This document shows positions 62,101 through 64,000 of a DNA stretch of 64,000 nt, piece by piece (position 1 is the first letter of the stretch; each line of letters opens with the position of its first letter). Source of the stretch: the human T2T-CHM13v2.0 reference genome, Homo sapiens. The notes under the pieces were generated by a model. It worked only from the letters and a program-made list of their open reading frames with translations. It was not told where the DNA came from and ran no database searches. A program made the position numbers and the translations under genes. The DNA lies in NCBI RefSeq assembly GCF_009914755.1, contig NC_060926.1; one strand, given 5' to 3'.

Positions 62101-64000
62101 ATGTGGACATTTGGAGCGCTTTCAGGCCTATGGTGAAAAAGGAAATATCTTCCCCTGAAAACTAGACAGAAGCATTCTCAGAAACTTATTTGTGATGTGC
62201 GCCCTCAACTAACAGTGTTAAACCTTTCTTTTGATAGAGGAGTTTTGAAACACTCTTTTTGTAAAATCTGCAAGAGGATATTTGGATAGCTTTGAGGATT
62301 TCGTTGGAAACGGGATTCTCTTCATATTAACCCTAGACAGTAGCATTCTCAGAAGGTTCATTGGGATGTTTCAATTGAAGTCACAGTGTTGAACAGTCAC
62401 TTTTATAGAGCAGGTTTGAAACACTCTTTTTGTAGCATCTGGAAGTGGACATTTGGAGCGCTCTCAGGACTACGGTGAAAAAGGAAATATCTTCCAATAA
62501 AAGCTAGATAGAAGCAATGTCAGAAACTTTTTCATGATGTATCTACTCAGCTAAAAGAGTTGAACCTTTCTTTTGTGAGAGCAGTTTTGAAACACTATTT
62601 TTGTGGAATCTGCAAGTGGATATTTGTCTAGCTTTGAGGATTTCGTTGGAAACGGGATTACATATAGAAAGCAGACAGCAGCGTTCCCAGAAACTTCTTT
62701 GTGAAATTTGCATTCAAGTCACAGACTTCAGCATTCCCTTTCATAGAGCAGGTTTGAAACACTCTTTTTGTAGTATCTGGATGTGGACGTTTGGAGCGCT
62801 TTCAGGCCTATGGTGAAAAAGGAAATATCTTCCCCTGAAAACTATACAGAAGCATTCTCAGAAACTTATTTGTGATGTGCGCCCTCAACTAACAGTGTTG
62901 AACCTTTCTTTTGATAGAGCAGTTTTGAAACACTCTTTTTGTAAAATCTGCAAGAGGATATTTGGATAGCTTTGAGGATTTCGTTGGAAACGGGATTGTC
63001 TTCATATACAATCTAGACAGAAGCATTCTCAGAAGCTTCATTGGGATGTTTCAATTGAAGTCACAGTGTTGAACAGTCCCTTTCGTAGAGCAGGTTTGAA
63101 ACACTCTTTTTGTAATATGTTCAAGTGGAGATTTGGAGCGCTCTCAGGACTACGGTGAAAAAGGAAATATCTTCCAATAAAAGCTAGATAGAAGCAATGT
63201 CAGAAACTTTTTCATGATGTATCTACTCAGCTAACAGAGTTGAACCTTTTTTTTGAGAGAGCAGTTTTGAAACACTCTTTTTGTTGGATCTGCAGGTGGA
63301 TATTTGTCTAGCTTTGAGGATTTCGTTGGAAACGGGATTACATATAAAAAGCAGACAGCAGCATTCCCAGAAACTTCTTTGTGATGTTTGCATTCAAGTC
63401 ACAGAGTTGAACATTCCCTTTCATAGAGCAGGTTTGAAACACTCTTTTTGTAGTATCTGGATGTGGACATTTGGAGCGCTTTCAGGCCTATGGTGAAAAA
63501 GGAAATATCTTCCCCTGAAAACTAGACAGAAGCATTCTCAGAAACTTATTTGTGATGTGCGCCGTCAACTAACAGTGTTGAACCTTTCTTTTGATAGAGT
63601 AGTTTTGAAACACTCTTTTTGTAAAATCTGCAAGAGGATATTTGGATAGCTTTGAGTATTTCGTTGGAAACGGGATTGTCTTCATATAAACTCTAGACAG
63701 TAGCATTCTGAGAAGCTTCATTGGGATGTTTCAATTGAAGTCACAGTGTTGAACAGTCCCTTTCATAGAGCAGGTTTGAAACACTCTTTTTGTAGCATCT
63801 GCAAGTGGACATTTGGAGCGCTCTCAGGACTACGGTGAAAAAGGAAATATCTTCAAATAAAAGCTAGATAGAAGCAATGTGAGAAACTTTTTCATGATGT
63901 ATCTACTCAGCTAAAAGAGTTGAACCTTTCTTTTGAGAGAGCAGTTTTGAAACACTCTTTTTGTGGAATCTGCAAGTGGATATTTGTCTAGCTTTGAGGA

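Larger units (their letters stand above)
1..64000 (+). repeat. Alpha-satellite higher-order repeat array, 680-bp 4-mer, SF2-type dimeric ancestry; probably human chr2 D2Z1 (S2C2H1L)
   Basis: ~171-bp monomers throughout, with the conserved CATTCTCAGAAACTT and TTTGAAACACTCTTTTTGT segments. Exact 680-bp spacing of homologous sites (599, 1279, 1959, 2639, 3319). CENP-B box in every second monomer, in a TTTGAGGATTTCGTTGGAAACGGGA context. One XbaI site (TCTAGA) per canonical HOR. The alpha-satellite call is certain; the chr2 assignment is recalled knowledge (about 0.8). Confidence 0.98.

Noticed and set aside
599-63496. Dozens of ~71-aa + strand ORFs (MWNLQVDICLALRISLETG...)
   Set aside because: They are the same stop-free frame across the D/A monomer boundary of each HOR and start at TTG/GTG rather than ATG. 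They are freely broken by stops and frameshifts in sister copies and resemble no protein family I recognise.
1-64000. CRISPR-like array (conserved ~19-bp TTTGAAACACTCTTTTTGT with GAAAC motif at regular spacing)
   Set aside because: The intervening sequences are homologous repeats rather than unique spacers, the period is 171 bp, there are no cas genes, and the sequence is clearly alpha satellite.
1-64000. Transposon (L1/Alu) insertion, inversion or non-satellite island
   Set aside because: I saw no poly-A tail, target-site duplication, strand switch or non-alphoid segment while reading through. Spacing between markers is always accounted for by whole monomers plus or minus 1-2 bp.
1-64000. 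Possibility that the mosaic is a computationally modelled centromere (GRCh38-style Markov model)
   Set aside because: Multi-kb ordered co-inheritance of rare variants at fixed offsets is not expected from a low-order monomer model and looks like a real long-read assembly. It cannot be fully excluded without knowing the source.
1-64000. Claim that this window is the kinetochore site (CDR/CENP-A domain)
   Set aside because: That is defined epigenetically and cannot be read from sequence.

Overview
The whole 64 kb window is primate, almost certainly human, centromeric alpha-satellite DNA. It is an uninterrupted head-to-tail array of about 375 monomers of ~171 bp, all in one orientation, organised as a 680-bp four-monomer higher-order repeat (HOR). 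I label the monomers A (171 bp), B (171), C (171) and D (167). CENP-B boxes (TTTCGTTGGAAACGGGA) lie in B and D, and pJalpha-type boxes in A and C. This fits suprachromosomal family 2, most likely the chromosome 2 array D2Z1 (assigned from memory, not by alignment). I see no genes, RNA genes, transposons, inversions or CRISPR arrays, and every listed ORF is a repeat artefact. I find no new protein-coding system. The informative signal is the array's internal architecture: (i) four classes of hybrid monomer (B/D, C/A+B/D, D/A, A/C); (ii) nested multi-HOR duplications with periods 3735/4415, 6967/5607, 3058, 3736, 2718 and 2378 bp, plus dispersed copies 11-20 kb apart; (iii) a ~54-kb central HOR haplotype embedded in a different flanking haplotype; (iv) patches of broken CENP-B boxes. 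Offsets come from the ORF-track coordinates and were checked by eye against variant bases. Block boundaries are approximate.
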